The notes: generated from the sequence alone by a model not told the origin. A stretch of DNA of 64,000 nucleotides from a virus (IMGVR_UViG_3300025915_000004:10597-74596); one strand, 5' to 3'. Positions 25,897 through 34,854 are shown, counted from the first letter of the stretch. Program-made: numbers and translations.

Positions 25897-27813
25897 ATGG
25901 CGTGGGCTGAGATCATCAACGGCAAGCTGACGATCGGGTGCAGCCAGGTGGAGAACCACCTGGCCACCCAGGTTCCCGGCTGCAACTTCGACAAGAGCTC
26001 GAACACCTGGCACGCGCCGCTGTCCTGGGCGACCGTCGTCACGGTGCACATGCTGTGGCACGGCCAGGAGCTGGACGTCGGCCCGGACCTGGCGGCATGG
26101 TCCAAGAACGCGTACGAAGACGTCGTATACGCCTGGTCGCTGCGCAGCCAGCTCGGCGACCTGCTCCTCGACGACGCCGAGGCCGCGCTGCTCGACGAAT
26201 TCGACGACAAGAGCGAACCGTTCCCGGACGGCAGGCCGCGTACGCTCTATCCGTTTCAGCGCGCGGGCGCCTACTACCTGTACAACCGCCGGTCCGCGGT
26301 CCTCGGGGACGAGCAGGGCAACGGCAAGACGCCGCAGCTGATCCGCGCGCTGCAACTGGCCGAGGCCCTCGGCCCGGACCCGCTGCCCGCGCTGGTCGTG
26401 TGCTCGGTCGCGGCGATCCGCAACTGGGAGCGCGAGCTGAACCGGTGGGCACCGCAGCTGCGCACGGTGGTGGTCGACGGCACGGCGCTGCGCCGGCGCC
26501 AGGCGATCGAGCGCACCGACGCCGACGTGTGGATCATCGGGTGGCCGAATGTGAAGGCGCACACCCGGCTGGAGGCGTATCCGGGCACCCGGTTCATCCG
26601 GTGCAAGGCGTGCGGCGGTATCGACGAAGGCATCCCCGCGGCGCGCTGCGAAGTCCACCTGAAGGATCTGAACCAGACCGGCCGGCCGTGGCGCACGGTG
26701 ATCGCCGACGAGGCGCACCGGATGCAGGACGCGCGCTCCAAGCAGACCCGCGCGCTGTGGTGGCTGCTACACCAGGCCGAATACCGCTGGCTGGCCACCG
26801 GGACGCCGATCGCCGACAACATCGGCCAGCTCTGGCCGCTGCTGCACGGCTTGGACACCGCCACGGCTCCGTCCCGCAGCCGGTATCTGGACCTGTTCGC
26901 CGTCAAGGAGCACAACTTCCACGGCGGGGTCACCGTGCTGGGCATCCGGCCGGAGACCGCGGAGACGTTCCACTCCTTCGTGCAGCCGATGATCCGGCGC
27001 ATCCCGCGCAAGGTCGCGCTGCCGTTCCTGCCCACGCGCCTGGAGCCAGTCTTCCGCTATCCGGCGATGAGCCCGGCCCAGAAGCGAACCTACGACGCGC
27101 TGCGGAAGCAGGCCGTCGTCGAGCTCGAAGGCCAGCTCATCGTTCCGCCGAACACGCTGGTGACCTTCTCCCGGCTGTGCCAGCTGGCATCCGCCATGCT
27201 GGAGGTCGTCGAGGGCGAGGACGCCGAGGGGTTCACCCTGCCTCTGCCGCGCATGACCATGCCGTCCTCGAAGGTCGCCGACCTGCTCGACTTCCTCGAA
27301 GACGAGGAAGGCCAGCTGGTCGTCGCGGCCAACTCCCCGCAGTTGGTGGCACTGGCCGAGAAGGCCCTGGCCGCCAAGAAGATCACACATTGCAAGATCG
27401 TCGGCGGGATGAGCGCGGACGACATGGACCAGGCGGTCACCTGGTTCCAGCGCGGCGACTGCCGCGTCATCTTCATCACCGCGGCCGGGGCGGAGTCGGT
27501 CACGCTCACCGCCGCACACACGATCTTCTTCATGCAGCCGGATCCGTCGTGGCGCTCGCGCGACCAGAAGATCTGCCGCATCGACCGGATCGGGCAAGAA
27601 GGCCACCCGCAGGGCGGTGTGCGCATCGTCTACTCGATCACCCCCGGCACGGTCGAGGAACGGCTGTTCCAGCTCGGCGAGGAGAAGGGCGAGCGCGCCG
27701 CGCAGGTCACCCAGGACGCGAACCTGCTGCGCTGGCTGATCAAGGGCGAGGAGAGCACCGAGACGCAGGCGGAGCAGCTGACGATCCCGGAGACCGACGA
27801 TGAGCAGCAGTGA
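25897..27813 (+). CDS. SNF2/SF2-family helicase
   Basis: GDEQGNGKT, IADEAH, ATGTP, G.ESVTLT, Q.ICRIDRIGQ; Zn-ribbon insert CKAC...CEVH. Confidence 0.9.
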   Translation: MAWAEIINGKLTIGCSQVENHLATQVPGCNFDKSSNTWHAPLSWATVVTVHMLWHGQELDVGPDLAAWSKNAYEDVVYAWSLRSQLGDLLLDDAEAALLDEFDDKSEPFPDGRPRTLYPFQRAGAYYLYNRRSAVLGDEQGNGKTPQLIRALQLAEALGPDPLPALVVCSVAAIRNWERELNRWAPQLRTVVVDGTALRRRQAIERTDADVWIIGWPNVKAHTRLEAYPGTRFIRCKACGGIDEGIPAARCEVHLKDLNQTGRPWRTVIADEAHRMQDARSKQTRALWWLLHQAEYRWLATGTPIADNIGQLWPLLHGLDTATAPSRSRYLDLFAVKEHNFHGGVTVLGIRPETAETFHSFVQPMIRRIPRKVALPFLPTRLEPVFRYPAMSPAQKRTYDALRKQAVVELEGQLIVPPNTLVTFSRLCQLASAMLEVVEGEDAEGFTLPLPRMTMPSSKVADLLDFLEDEEGQLVVAANSPQLVALAEKALAAKKITHCKIVGGMSADDMDQAVTWFQRGDCRVIFITAAGAESVTLTAAHTIFFMQPDPSWRSRDQKICRIDRIGQEGHPQGGVRIVYSITPGTVEERLFQLGEEKGERAAQVTQDANLLRWLIKGEESTETQAEQLTIPETDDEQQ

Positions 27814-28027
27814 GATGCAGGGCGGTTGGGTTCTGGACATCTCGTTTCCGCGTCCGTACAGCGGTGTTGACGTGCAGGTGTCCGCCAGTGGCTATCTGGT
27901 GATCACTATTCCGTTTGAAAGTGAAGAGTCGGCGAATGCCGCCCGCAGCGAGATGGAAGTGAGCGTCGTCCCCGGATATCGGGTGATCGCCGGAGAAGTG
28001 GTGAAGGGAGAGCAGGGAAGATGTTGA
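27800..28027 (+). CDS. Hypothetical protein
   Basis: 75 aa between helicase and exonuclease. Confidence 0.5.
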   Translation: MSSSEMQGGWVLDISFPRPYSGVDVQVSASGYLVITIPFESEESANAARSEMEVSVVPGYRVIAGEVVKGEQGRC

Positions 28028-28992
28028 TCTCGCAGTCGGAGATCTATGCGTGGACGCGGTGCCGTAGAAACTGGTATCTCACCTACTACCTGGGCTTCGT
28101 GCCCGCCGACGAACCCCCGGTCGGCAACCGCCAGCTCGGCACGCGGGTGCACACCGCGCTGGAGGCGTACTACGGCTACCAGCTCGACCCGGTCGCGGTG
28201 CTCGCGCTGCTGTACCGGATCGAGACCGCCAAGGCACCCGAGTTCGCGGCCGAGCTGTCGGCCGAGGCGAACCTGGCCGAGGCCATGGTCTCCGGCTACC
28301 TGGAGTGGCTGGCCGAAGAGGGGGCGGATGCCGACTTCGAGACGGTGGCCACCGAGACCGACATCCGCGTCGATCTGCCCGGCGTGCCCGGCGTGCAGCT
28401 GCGCGCCCGCATGGACCAGGTGGCCCGGCGCATCTCCGACGGCGCGCTGTTCTTCCGCGACTACAAGACCGGGTCGACGTTCGAGCTCGCCGAGCAGCTG
28501 CGGCTCAACCCGCAGATGAAGTTCTACACGCTGGTTCAGCACCTGGCCTCGCCGCCCGACGGTCCGAAGCTGGCCGGCTTCACGATCGACACGCTGCGCC
28601 GGGTCAAGCGGACCGCCAAGGCCGAGCCGCCGTTCTACCGGCGCGACCCGTTCGTCTACACCCCGGACGAGATCACCGCTACTCTGCGCCGGGTGCAGTC
28701 CGTTGCTTCGGAGATCGTGCAGCACCGCGCGATGCTGGACGACATGTACCGGCGCACCGGCGGCGCGCTGGACGTGGTCGACAGCGTGCAGCAGTCCGTG
28801 CTGCGACCCACGCCGATCCTGTCGGACTGCAAGTGGTGGTGCCCGGTGCGAGAAATCTGCCCGATGATGGATGACGGCAGCGACTGGTCTGGTAGTCTTG
28901 TCCGCAGTGGGAGGTTCCGCCAGGCGGACCCCTACGAGTACTACCGGGACGACGCGCTCCGCACGATCAGGGAAGAGATGGCGAAGATCTGA
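28021..28992 (+). CDS. Cas4-like/RecB-family PD-(D/E)XK exonuclease
   Basis: S.S.I..W..C.R.WY, GT.VH..LE, R.D....D.KTG, Q..FY, C-terminal C.W.C....IC cluster. Confidence 0.88.
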   Translation: MLISQSEIYAWTRCRRNWYLTYYLGFVPADEPPVGNRQLGTRVHTALEAYYGYQLDPVAVLALLYRIETAKAPEFAAELSAEANLAEAMVSGYLEWLAEEGADADFETVATETDIRVDLPGVPGVQLRARMDQVARRISDGALFFRDYKTGSTFELAEQLRLNPQMKFYTLVQHLASPPDGPKLAGFTIDTLRRVKRTAKAEPPFYRRDPFVYTPDEITATLRRVQSVASEIVQHRAMLDDMYRRTGGALDVVDSVQQSVLRPTPILSDCKWWCPVREICPMMDDGSDWSGSLVRSGRFRQADPYEYYRDDALRTIREEMAKI

Positions 28993-29228
28993 TGACTGAA
29001 CCGACAGCGGAATCCGGTTCCAAAGGCTGGCTCGTGGACGCCCTGGAGACCAGTGCCGAACGCCAGCGCCAGCTCTCGGACATCACGCTCCGCATGACCG
29101 CCGCAGAGGCCCGACACAAGCGGGTCCGTGACAGCATGTCGACGGCTCTCGCCGCGGTGTTCACCCTGGCCTTCCTCTTCGGCCTGGTTATGGGCGCCCT
29201 CGCGATGTGGAACGCGGTCGTCGGATGA
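28992..29228 (+). CDS. Small membrane protein
   Basis: C-terminal TM segment. Confidence 0.55.
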   Translation: MTEPTAESGSKGWLVDALETSAERQRQLSDITLRMTAAEARHKRVRDSMSTALAAVFTLAFLFGLVMGALAMWNAVVG

Positions 29229-30016
29229 CCGTCCAGCCGTACCAGCAGCAACAAGTCGCCCCGGCCTTCAACCAGCAACCGATGCGGCAGCTGCGTCGCA
29301 GTGCTCAGGGCCTGTCGTTCCTGCTGCACGGTCTGCCGAAGGCCGGCAAGTCCAACTTCGCCGACTCCGGCCCGGCGCCGCGCTTCGTGCTCGACGTCGA
29401 GGGCTCCTCCTACTGGACCCCGTCCCGGAAGATCTACTGGGATCCGATGCGCGAGCCGGTGCCGCAGCCGGACGGGAGCTGGGAGACCGCGATCGTGCTC
29501 GTGCGCGAGGCGCGCGTCGTGATGGAGGTTTACCGGGTCCTCAACTCCGGCCAGCACCCCTTCAACTCCGGCGCCATGGACTCCGTCACCGAAGTGCAGC
29601 AGCGGGTCATCGACGATCTGGCCAGGGGCCAGCAGATGGACCGCGACAAGTGGGGTGCGCTGCTGCGCCAGGTCAACACCATGGTCCGGGCATACCGCGA
29701 CCTGATCACACACCCCGTCAAGCCGCTGTGGACGATGACCTTCGTCGCCGGCACGCACCTGAAAGAGGGCCGCTGGCGGCCGTTGGTCCAGGGCCAGGCG
29801 CAGGACTACCTGCCCTACTACGTGGACGTGCTCGGATACCTGGGCGCGGAGCGGGACGGTACCCGGCTGATGTTCATCGGGCCGCACCCGCAGTACGAGA
29901 CCGGTGAGCGCCTGGGAGGGCGTCTGCCGTACACCATGAGGATCGGGGATCCCTCCCACCCCGGCTACACCGCAGAGAGCATGCTCGCGCAGGTTCTCCA
30001 GGGAAGAAGGAGTTAG
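29225..30016 (+). CDS. Sak4-like (AAA_24) ATPase / single-strand annealing protein
   Basis: HGLPKAGKS, LDVEGS, DSVTEVQ, QGQ...LPYYVDVLGYL; flanked by exonuclease and SSB. Confidence 0.82.
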   Translation: MTVQPYQQQQVAPAFNQQPMRQLRRSAQGLSFLLHGLPKAGKSNFADSGPAPRFVLDVEGSSYWTPSRKIYWDPMREPVPQPDGSWETAIVLVREARVVMEVYRVLNSGQHPFNSGAMDSVTEVQQRVIDDLARGQQMDRDKWGALLRQVNTMVRAYRDLITHPVKPLWTMTFVAGTHLKEGRWRPLVQGQAQDYLPYYVDVLGYLGAERDGTRLMFIGPHPQYETGERLGGRLPYTMRIGDPSHPGYTAESMLAQVLQGRRS

Positions 30017-30018
30017 AC

Positions 30019-31002
30019 GTGGCACAGTACGACTTCGGCACGCTGTACGGCCAGGCGGACAGCTCGATCTTCGTTTACGAGCCCGGTGAGGTGGACGCCG
30101 TGGTCGAGGCGTCCACGTGGGGTCGCACGAAGGACGGCACCAAGGGGCAGTGGGACGTGCGCTTCCGCACGACGACCGGCGCCAACGCCGGCCGCGCGCA
30201 GCTCAAGACGCCGATCACGATCAGCGCGGACAACCCCCAGGCGCTCGGGATCATGTTCCGCCACCTGGCGGCCATGGGCATCCCGGTTCCGGACCCGAAC
30301 AACCCGCAGCAACAGCCGTTCTGGGCGCTGGGCTGGAACGAGGAGCAGGTGGCCCAGGCGATGATCGGCAAGCCGGTCCTGCTCAAGATCACCGTCGAGG
30401 AATGGGAGGGCGTCCAGCGCAACAAGGTGCGCGACATCCGGTCGCCGCGCCCCGGCGCCCCGACCACCTGGCCGCAGTTCCAGCAGCCGCAGGCCGCCGC
30501 GCCCGGCTACGGCGCGGCGCCGGGTTATGGACAGCAGCCGCAGTTCCCGCAGCAGCAGCCGCAGGCCTACGGTCAGCCGCAGTTCCCGCAGCCCGGATAT
30601 CCGGCCGCCTCCGCGCCCTACGGCGGTCCGCAGCAGCCCGCTGCGGCGCCCGCGCCTTCCGCACCGTGGCAGCAGCCGCAAGGCGCTCCTGCGGTGAACG
30701 GTGGCCAGCCCGGAGGCAACCCGGCCCTGCCGCCGTGGGCTCAGCCGCCGGTTCCCGGCCAGGGCGGCGTCGGCGAGTTCACACAGCAGGGTCAGAGCTA
30801 CCAGCCCTCCACCGCGCCGTTCCCCGGAGCGCCGCAGCAGAACGCGCCGCAGCCGCAGTACGCCGCGCCGCAGCCCTTCCAGCAGCAGCCGCAGGCCGCC
30901 GCGCCCGGCGCGATGCCCTGGAACGGACAACAGCCCGGAACCGCCCCGCAGGCCGGTCCCGCCGACCCGCAGGGGGCTCCTCCTCCGCCCTGGGCTCAGT
31001 GA
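30019..31002 (+). CDS. DUF669-type single-stranded DNA-binding protein with long Gln/Pro-rich tail
   Basis: OB-fold-like N-terminal ~150 aa ending RNKVRDI; Q/P low-complexity tail; position after Sak4. Confidence 0.75.
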   Translation: MAQYDFGTLYGQADSSIFVYEPGEVDAVVEASTWGRTKDGTKGQWDVRFRTTTGANAGRAQLKTPITISADNPQALGIMFRHLAAMGIPVPDPNNPQQQPFWALGWNEEQVAQAMIGKPVLLKITVEEWEGVQRNKVRDIRSPRPGAPTTWPQFQQPQAAAPGYGAAPGYGQQPQFPQQQPQAYGQPQFPQPGYPAASAPYGGPQQPAAAPAPSAPWQQPQGAPAVNGGQPGGNPALPPWAQPPVPGQGGVGEFTQQGQSYQPSTAPFPGAPQQNAPQPQYAAPQPFQQQPQAAAPGAMPWNGQQPGTAPQAGPADPQGAPPPPWAQ

Positions 31003-31026
31003 TACTGGCCCTTGCGCGGGCACAGA

Positions 31027-31172
31027 CCCGGCTGCGCGCGAGCTCCTCTCCTCCCCCGCCGAGGAGCCGCGCAGCCGGGGACGCCCGTCCCTCGCCTCTC
31101 CGGTAGTAGGCGATCGGACGGGCGAAGAGGGCCTTTCGTCGCTCTGGAGACGGCGAAAGGCCCTCTTTCGCG
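31027..31172 (+). other. Three back-to-back hairpins (structured RNA/ssDNA element or compound terminator)
   Basis: Stems 31027-38/31068-79 (+31042-48/31061-67); 31083-90/31116-23 (+31092-97/31108-13); 31124-41/31151-70. Confidence 0.55.
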
Positions 31173-31180
31173 TTCGGGCT

Positions 31181-31218
31181 TGTGGGCACCTTCACCGGAA
31201 TGCTAAGTTGTCATCAGT
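31181..31218 (+). promoter_or_regulatory. Promoter candidate TTGTGG-17-TAAGTT (extended TGn) with 13-bp motif copy 3 (31206-31218)
   Basis: Read directly; upstream of DUF932. Confidence 0.7.
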
Positions 31219-31261
31219 AAGGCACCGCACCGAGCGGCCCGAACGAAGGAGATCAGGGAAG

Positions 31262-32506
31262 ATGACCGTCCAGCTCACCGCCCGCAACGCCAGCGCCCAG
31301 GAACTGCTGAACATCCTCAACTCGCAGAAGGCGCACAAGCTCGACGTCGTTGCGCCGTCCCGCGCGATCTGGAGCCGCAACGGCCAGCTGGTCGTCGGCG
31401 GCACCGTCGCCGAGATCACCGAGGACGGCGTCACCCCGGTCGCGGGCACCTACAGCCTGACGGAGATCGCCGACCGCGGCCTGGCGGACAAGCTGGGCAT
31501 CGGCCAGACGTACTTCCGCCGCATGCGCGAGGCGGGCCGCACCGACCTGATCGACGGCAACGTCAACGGCTGGCTGCACGGAAACAAGGTCGACGGCAAC
31601 GTCGTGCACCCGGCCGACGACCGCGCGTTCCTGCTGCGCCTCTTCCGCGGCGACGAAGGGCAGCCGGGCGTGGCCCGCGCGATCCTGTCCGACCGGTTCA
31701 ACCTGTCGATGGACAACCTCGACATGCTGATGGCCGTCACGCAGGGCATTCAGGCCGCCGGTGTGCAGCCGGTCGTCAACGTCTCGGACCTGTCCGAGTC
31801 CCGGATGCGCGTGCGGTTCGAGTTCCCCGACGTGTACGCCCGCGCCGAGGGCCTGCTGGAGGGCTACCGCACCCCGTTCACCGGCACCGACCGCGGCCCG
31901 CAGCGCGCCGGACACCGCGACCTCGCGGCGCTGCGCGCCCAGTACGGCGACCACCACATCTTCAACCGCGGCGAGGAGCCGATCGCGTACATGGGCCTGG
32001 ACTTCGACAACTCGGAGACCGGTTCCGGCGCCTACAACCTGACCCCCGTCGTCGTGCTGGTGCGCTGCACGAACGGCTGGACCGACGTACGCCAGGGCAT
32101 CCGCAAGGTCCACCTGGGCAAGGTCCTGTCCGAGGGTGTCATCAAGCCGTCCGTCGACACCGTGCGCGCCGCCGGCCAGCTGATCAAGTCGGAGACCACC
32201 GACGCCGTCACGCAGTGGCTGACCACCGACTACCTCGCCGGTCTGATCAAGGGCTTCGAGGAGAAGGCCGCCGTCGAGATCGCCACCCCGACCGAGACCG
32301 TCCCCAAGGTCTGCACGGGCCTCGGCCTGACCGCTGACGAGGCCAAGAGCGTCCTGGACTTCTTCATCCTCTCCGGCCAGCCGACCGCGGGCGGCGTCGC
32401 CAACGCCATCACCGCCTACGTGCAGACCGTGCAGGACCCGGACCGGGCGTACGAGCTGGAGCGTCTCGCCGTTCCCGCCCTGGAGGCCGTCGCCGCTCGG
32501 CGATAG
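31262..32506 (+). CDS. DUF932/DUF945-family protein
   Basis: L.ILN.Q...K.D, KLGI...Y, RAILSDRF..DN, NSETG.G......V.C.NG.....HLG motifs. Confidence 0.8.
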   Translation: MTVQLTARNASAQELLNILNSQKAHKLDVVAPSRAIWSRNGQLVVGGTVAEITEDGVTPVAGTYSLTEIADRGLADKLGIGQTYFRRMREAGRTDLIDGNVNGWLHGNKVDGNVVHPADDRAFLLRLFRGDEGQPGVARAILSDRFNLSMDNLDMLMAVTQGIQAAGVQPVVNVSDLSESRMRVRFEFPDVYARAEGLLEGYRTPFTGTDRGPQRAGHRDLAALRAQYGDHHIFNRGEEPIAYMGLDFDNSETGSGAYNLTPVVVLVRCTNGWTDVRQGIRKVHLGKVLSEGVIKPSVDTVRAAGQLIKSETTDAVTQWLTTDYLAGLIKGFEEKAAVEIATPTETVPKVCTGLGLTADEAKSVLDFFILSGQPTAGGVANAITAYVQTVQDPDRAYELERLAVPALEAVAARR

Positions 32507-32520
32507 CCTGTAGTTGACCG

Positions 32521-32555
32521 CAGGGCCGTCGTCTCCCCACGGGACGGCGGCCCTG
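32521..32555 (+). terminator. Hairpin terminator
   Basis: CAGGGCCGTCGTC/GACGGCGGCCCTG stem after the DUF932 stop. Confidence 0.65.
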
Positions 32556-32578
32556 CATGTACACGAGAGGACGACGCG

Positions 32579-32905
32579 ATGCCACCCGTCGGGAAGCTGT
32601 ACGAGATCAGGGACGACCTGGCCGGATTCCAGGCCCTGGCGGACATCCTGACGGACAGGTACGCCATCGATCCGCCGCTGGACCGCCGGCGTATCCGCGA
32701 CTGGTGGAACCGCGGCACGCTCAACGCCGCCGGCGAGCACTTCCCGCAGCCGGTGGAGACCACGCACAAGAACGAGGACTCCGGCCGGGCCTACCGGTGG
32801 TTCCGGGTCGCGGAGGTCGACGCCTGGTTCAGCCGCGGCGTGCCGGGGCCGCGAGGATCCGGCTGGAAGTTCTACACCGCGACCGAGAACTCTGCTAAGC
32901 TGTAG
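32579..32905 (+). CDS. Xis/AlpA/MerR-like winged-helix DNA-binding protein
   Basis: G...LA.......I.DWW.RG....FP.P......WF...EV..W pattern. Confidence 0.65.
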   Translation: MPPVGKLYEIRDDLAGFQALADILTDRYAIDPPLDRRRIRDWWNRGTLNAAGEHFPQPVETTHKNEDSGRAYRWFRVAEVDAWFSRGVPGPRGSGWKFYTATENSAKL

Positions 32906-32916
32906 TTGTCATCAGT
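32904..32916 (+). promoter_or_regulatory. 13-bp motif AGTTGTCATCAGT, copy 4, next to extended -10 TGCTAAGCT
   Basis: Exact motif; overlaps the stop codon of the HTH gene. Confidence 0.7.
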
Positions 32917-32951
32917 TAGACCGCAGGACCGGATCAGGGAAGAAGATCGAG

Positions 32952-33422
32952 ATGACGTATAGCGAGACTGCCCGCAGCATCTGCCAGCCGCGCGACAAGC
33001 AGGCCAAGGCCGCGCCGGTGCGCACCGGCCGCGCCGCGCGGATCCGCGTCGGCACCTACGACAGCCCGGCCCGTCGCCGCGACGTCCTGCTGCGCCTGGC
33101 CGACCGCGTCAACGCCGCGGCGGGCATGGTGACCGTGGCCGGCGAGCTGCGCGCCCGCGGCGCGAGTGACGACCTGGTGCGCCGCTACGCCAGCCCGGTC
33201 GGCCGCAAGACGGCCGAGGTGGCTCGGGCGACCGGTGTGCGGACCGAACAGACCGCCCTGGCCGTCGCCGGACGCAGGCTTGTCCCGGCGTTCGGATACT
33301 CGGCCGACTGCCGCGAGCTGGTCGAGGGCGTCATCGACGTCTACGAGCTGGCCGACCCGGACTCGCCCGTCAAGGGCCGCAAGGCTCCGCGCATCCACCT
33401 CACCGACCTGATCGGCGGCTGA
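32952..33422 (+). CDS. Hypothetical protein
   Basis: GATCAGGGAAG upstream; typical high-GC codon usage. Confidence 0.7.
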   Translation: MTYSETARSICQPRDKQAKAAPVRTGRAARIRVGTYDSPARRRDVLLRLADRVNAAAGMVTVAGELRARGASDDLVRRYASPVGRKTAEVARATGVRTEQTALAVAGRRLVPAFGYSADCRELVEGVIDVYELADPDSPVKGRKAPRIHLTDLIGG

Positions 33423-33423
33423 G

Positions 33424-33621
33424 ATGTACGCCGAGACTCCGGCTGCTCAAAAGCTCAGGTACGCGAAGGCCCGTCATGCGGCTGTCGATAATCTGCGTGC
33501 GCACGGACTGGTGATCGCACGTCCCTGGAGCCTGTCCGACCTGCACCTGTTCGCGGTCTCGCAGCTGCTGGACAAGCTCGACGCGATCGTCGAGGACGTC
33601 TCACCGAGTTCAGGGAAGTGA
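33424..33621 (+). CDS. Small hypothetical protein
   Basis: Directly follows upstream stop. Confidence 0.5.
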   Translation: MYAETPAAQKLRYAKARHAAVDNLRAHGLVIARPWSLSDLHLFAVSQLLDKLDAIVEDVSPSSGK

Positions 33622-33622
33622 T

Positions 33623-34309
33623 ATGAAGATCGGAATCAAGTTCGCCGCCGTCCTGCTGACGGCCGCTGTCAGCGCGGCATGTGCCTACGGTCCTTCCGGC
33701 GGCCACCGCAACCCGGCTCCGGCGCCGTCGCAGGCGGCGCCCACGCAGAACAGCGACTGCCGCGGGTACACCTGGGATCCGCCCGGCTGCCCCGACTCCA
33801 CCGCCGGCGCGCACCCCTCGGTCGCCGTATCGGCCAATCCGCAGCCGACCAACCCCGGCGTCGGCCAGGTGTCCGGCGACTGCCACTTCAGCATCAAGGC
33901 GCCGTCCGGAGACACCACGGGCGACACGGGACTGCGTCTCAAGAGGATGTCGTCGGTTCTGGTCGAGGTCGTGGGCATCGTGTACGGATGGTGCTCCGAC
34001 ACCGTCCACGATTTCACCATCGACCTGCACATCTACGCGGCGCCCACCGGCGACGCCAGCGGCGACTTCACCAAGGACCCGAAGGCTTTCGAGGTGAAAA
34101 GCAGGACTGGAGTCCGCACGCCGGTCCCCGGACCCGTCCCGGTCCCGTACGCCATCACCGCGCAGTGCCTGCCCGGCCTGGAGTACCAGCTGGTCTGGTT
34201 CGTCACGGCGTACGACTCGGCGAACAACCTGATCGGCAGCCGGTCCCATCCGTACGGCGGCCGGGTAGCCGAGTTCACCGCCGAGCAGTGCGGCGTGCAG
34301 AGCCGCTAG
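33623..34309 (+). CDS. Putative lipoprotein / exported protein
   Basis: MKIGIKFAAVLLTAAVSAAC signal with imperfect lipobox; Pro-rich linker; several Cys. Confidence 0.7.
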   Translation: MKIGIKFAAVLLTAAVSAACAYGPSGGHRNPAPAPSQAAPTQNSDCRGYTWDPPGCPDSTAGAHPSVAVSANPQPTNPGVGQVSGDCHFSIKAPSGDTTGDTGLRLKRMSSVLVEVVGIVYGWCSDTVHDFTIDLHIYAAPTGDASGDFTKDPKAFEVKSRTGVRTPVPGPVPVPYAITAQCLPGLEYQLVWFVTAYDSANNLIGSRSHPYGGRVAEFTAEQCGVQSR

Positions 34310-34322
34310 GACGTCCAGAGCG

Positions 34323-34362
34323 GAACCGGGTGGCGGCCTTCCTCCTGCCACCCGGTTCTTTT
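34323..34362. terminator. Rho-independent terminator at the junction of the convergent early and late operons
   Basis: GAACCGGGTGGC/GCCACCCGGTTC stem followed by TTTT. Confidence 0.85.
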
Positions 34363-34603
34363 ACGCCTTGCGCACGTAGCCGTGGCTGACCAGCTCGGAT
34401 GCGTTGACCGAGGAGAGGCGCACCCTGTCGCCGACCATGCGCTGCTCGCCTTCGATCGCGATCGGCCGGATCACCTCGTACTCGGCGTCCGTCTCCACGC
34501 CTTCCTCGGCGTTCTCCTCAGCGGCCGTCTTAGCCGACGAAGCCCGCTCGGCGGCGGTGCGCCTCTTGTCCGGGGATGCTGTCGTCTTCTTCGCTGCGGT
34601 CAT
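34361..34603 (-). CDS. Small hypothetical virion-operon protein
   Basis: YEVIRPI..EG....VGD.V.L.......LV..GYV pattern; GGAGG RBS. Confidence 0.65.
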   Translation of the reverse strand: MTAAKKTTASPDKRRTAAERASSAKTAAEENAEEGVETDAEYEVIRPIAIEGEQRMVGDRVRLSSVNASELVSHGYVRKA

Positions 34604-34832
34604 CGGAACCTCCCTGTGCGCTTACCGGCAGGCAGCCGGTAAGCGGATCGGCGCGTGGATCGAGTGCAGGCGGTCTCTCGGCTACCCCGGCCGACGCCGG
34701 TACGTCGCGGCCGAGCAGCGCGAGCACGTGGCGCACCTCGACGTGCCGCACCCCAGAGGCGAGCAACGTCTCCATGGCCGCCGCAGTACGGTCGATCAAC
34801 TGGCTGCTCTCTCGCCTGCTCATACCGGCCAT
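34530..34832 (-). CDS. Possible small hypothetical protein
   Basis: Fills the gap but overlaps the next gene by about 70 nt. Confidence 0.3.
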   Translation of the reverse strand: MAGMSRRESSQLIDRTAAAMETLLASGVRHVEVRHVLALLGRDVPASAGVAERPPALDPRADPLTGCLPVSAQGGSDDRSEEDDSIPGQEAHRRRAGFVG

Positions 34833-34854
34833 GCTAGCCGCCGTCTACGCATTG

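Noticed and set aside
31027-31172. tRNA, SRP RNA or tmRNA
   Set aside because: No cloverleaf or T-loop, and no SRP-like GGAA/GCAG internal loop; kept only as an unassigned structured element.
32579-32905. Evidence of an integration module (xis plus int)
   Set aside because: No tyrosine or serine recombinase in the window. The HTH is only Xis/AlpA-like, so integration cannot be claimed.
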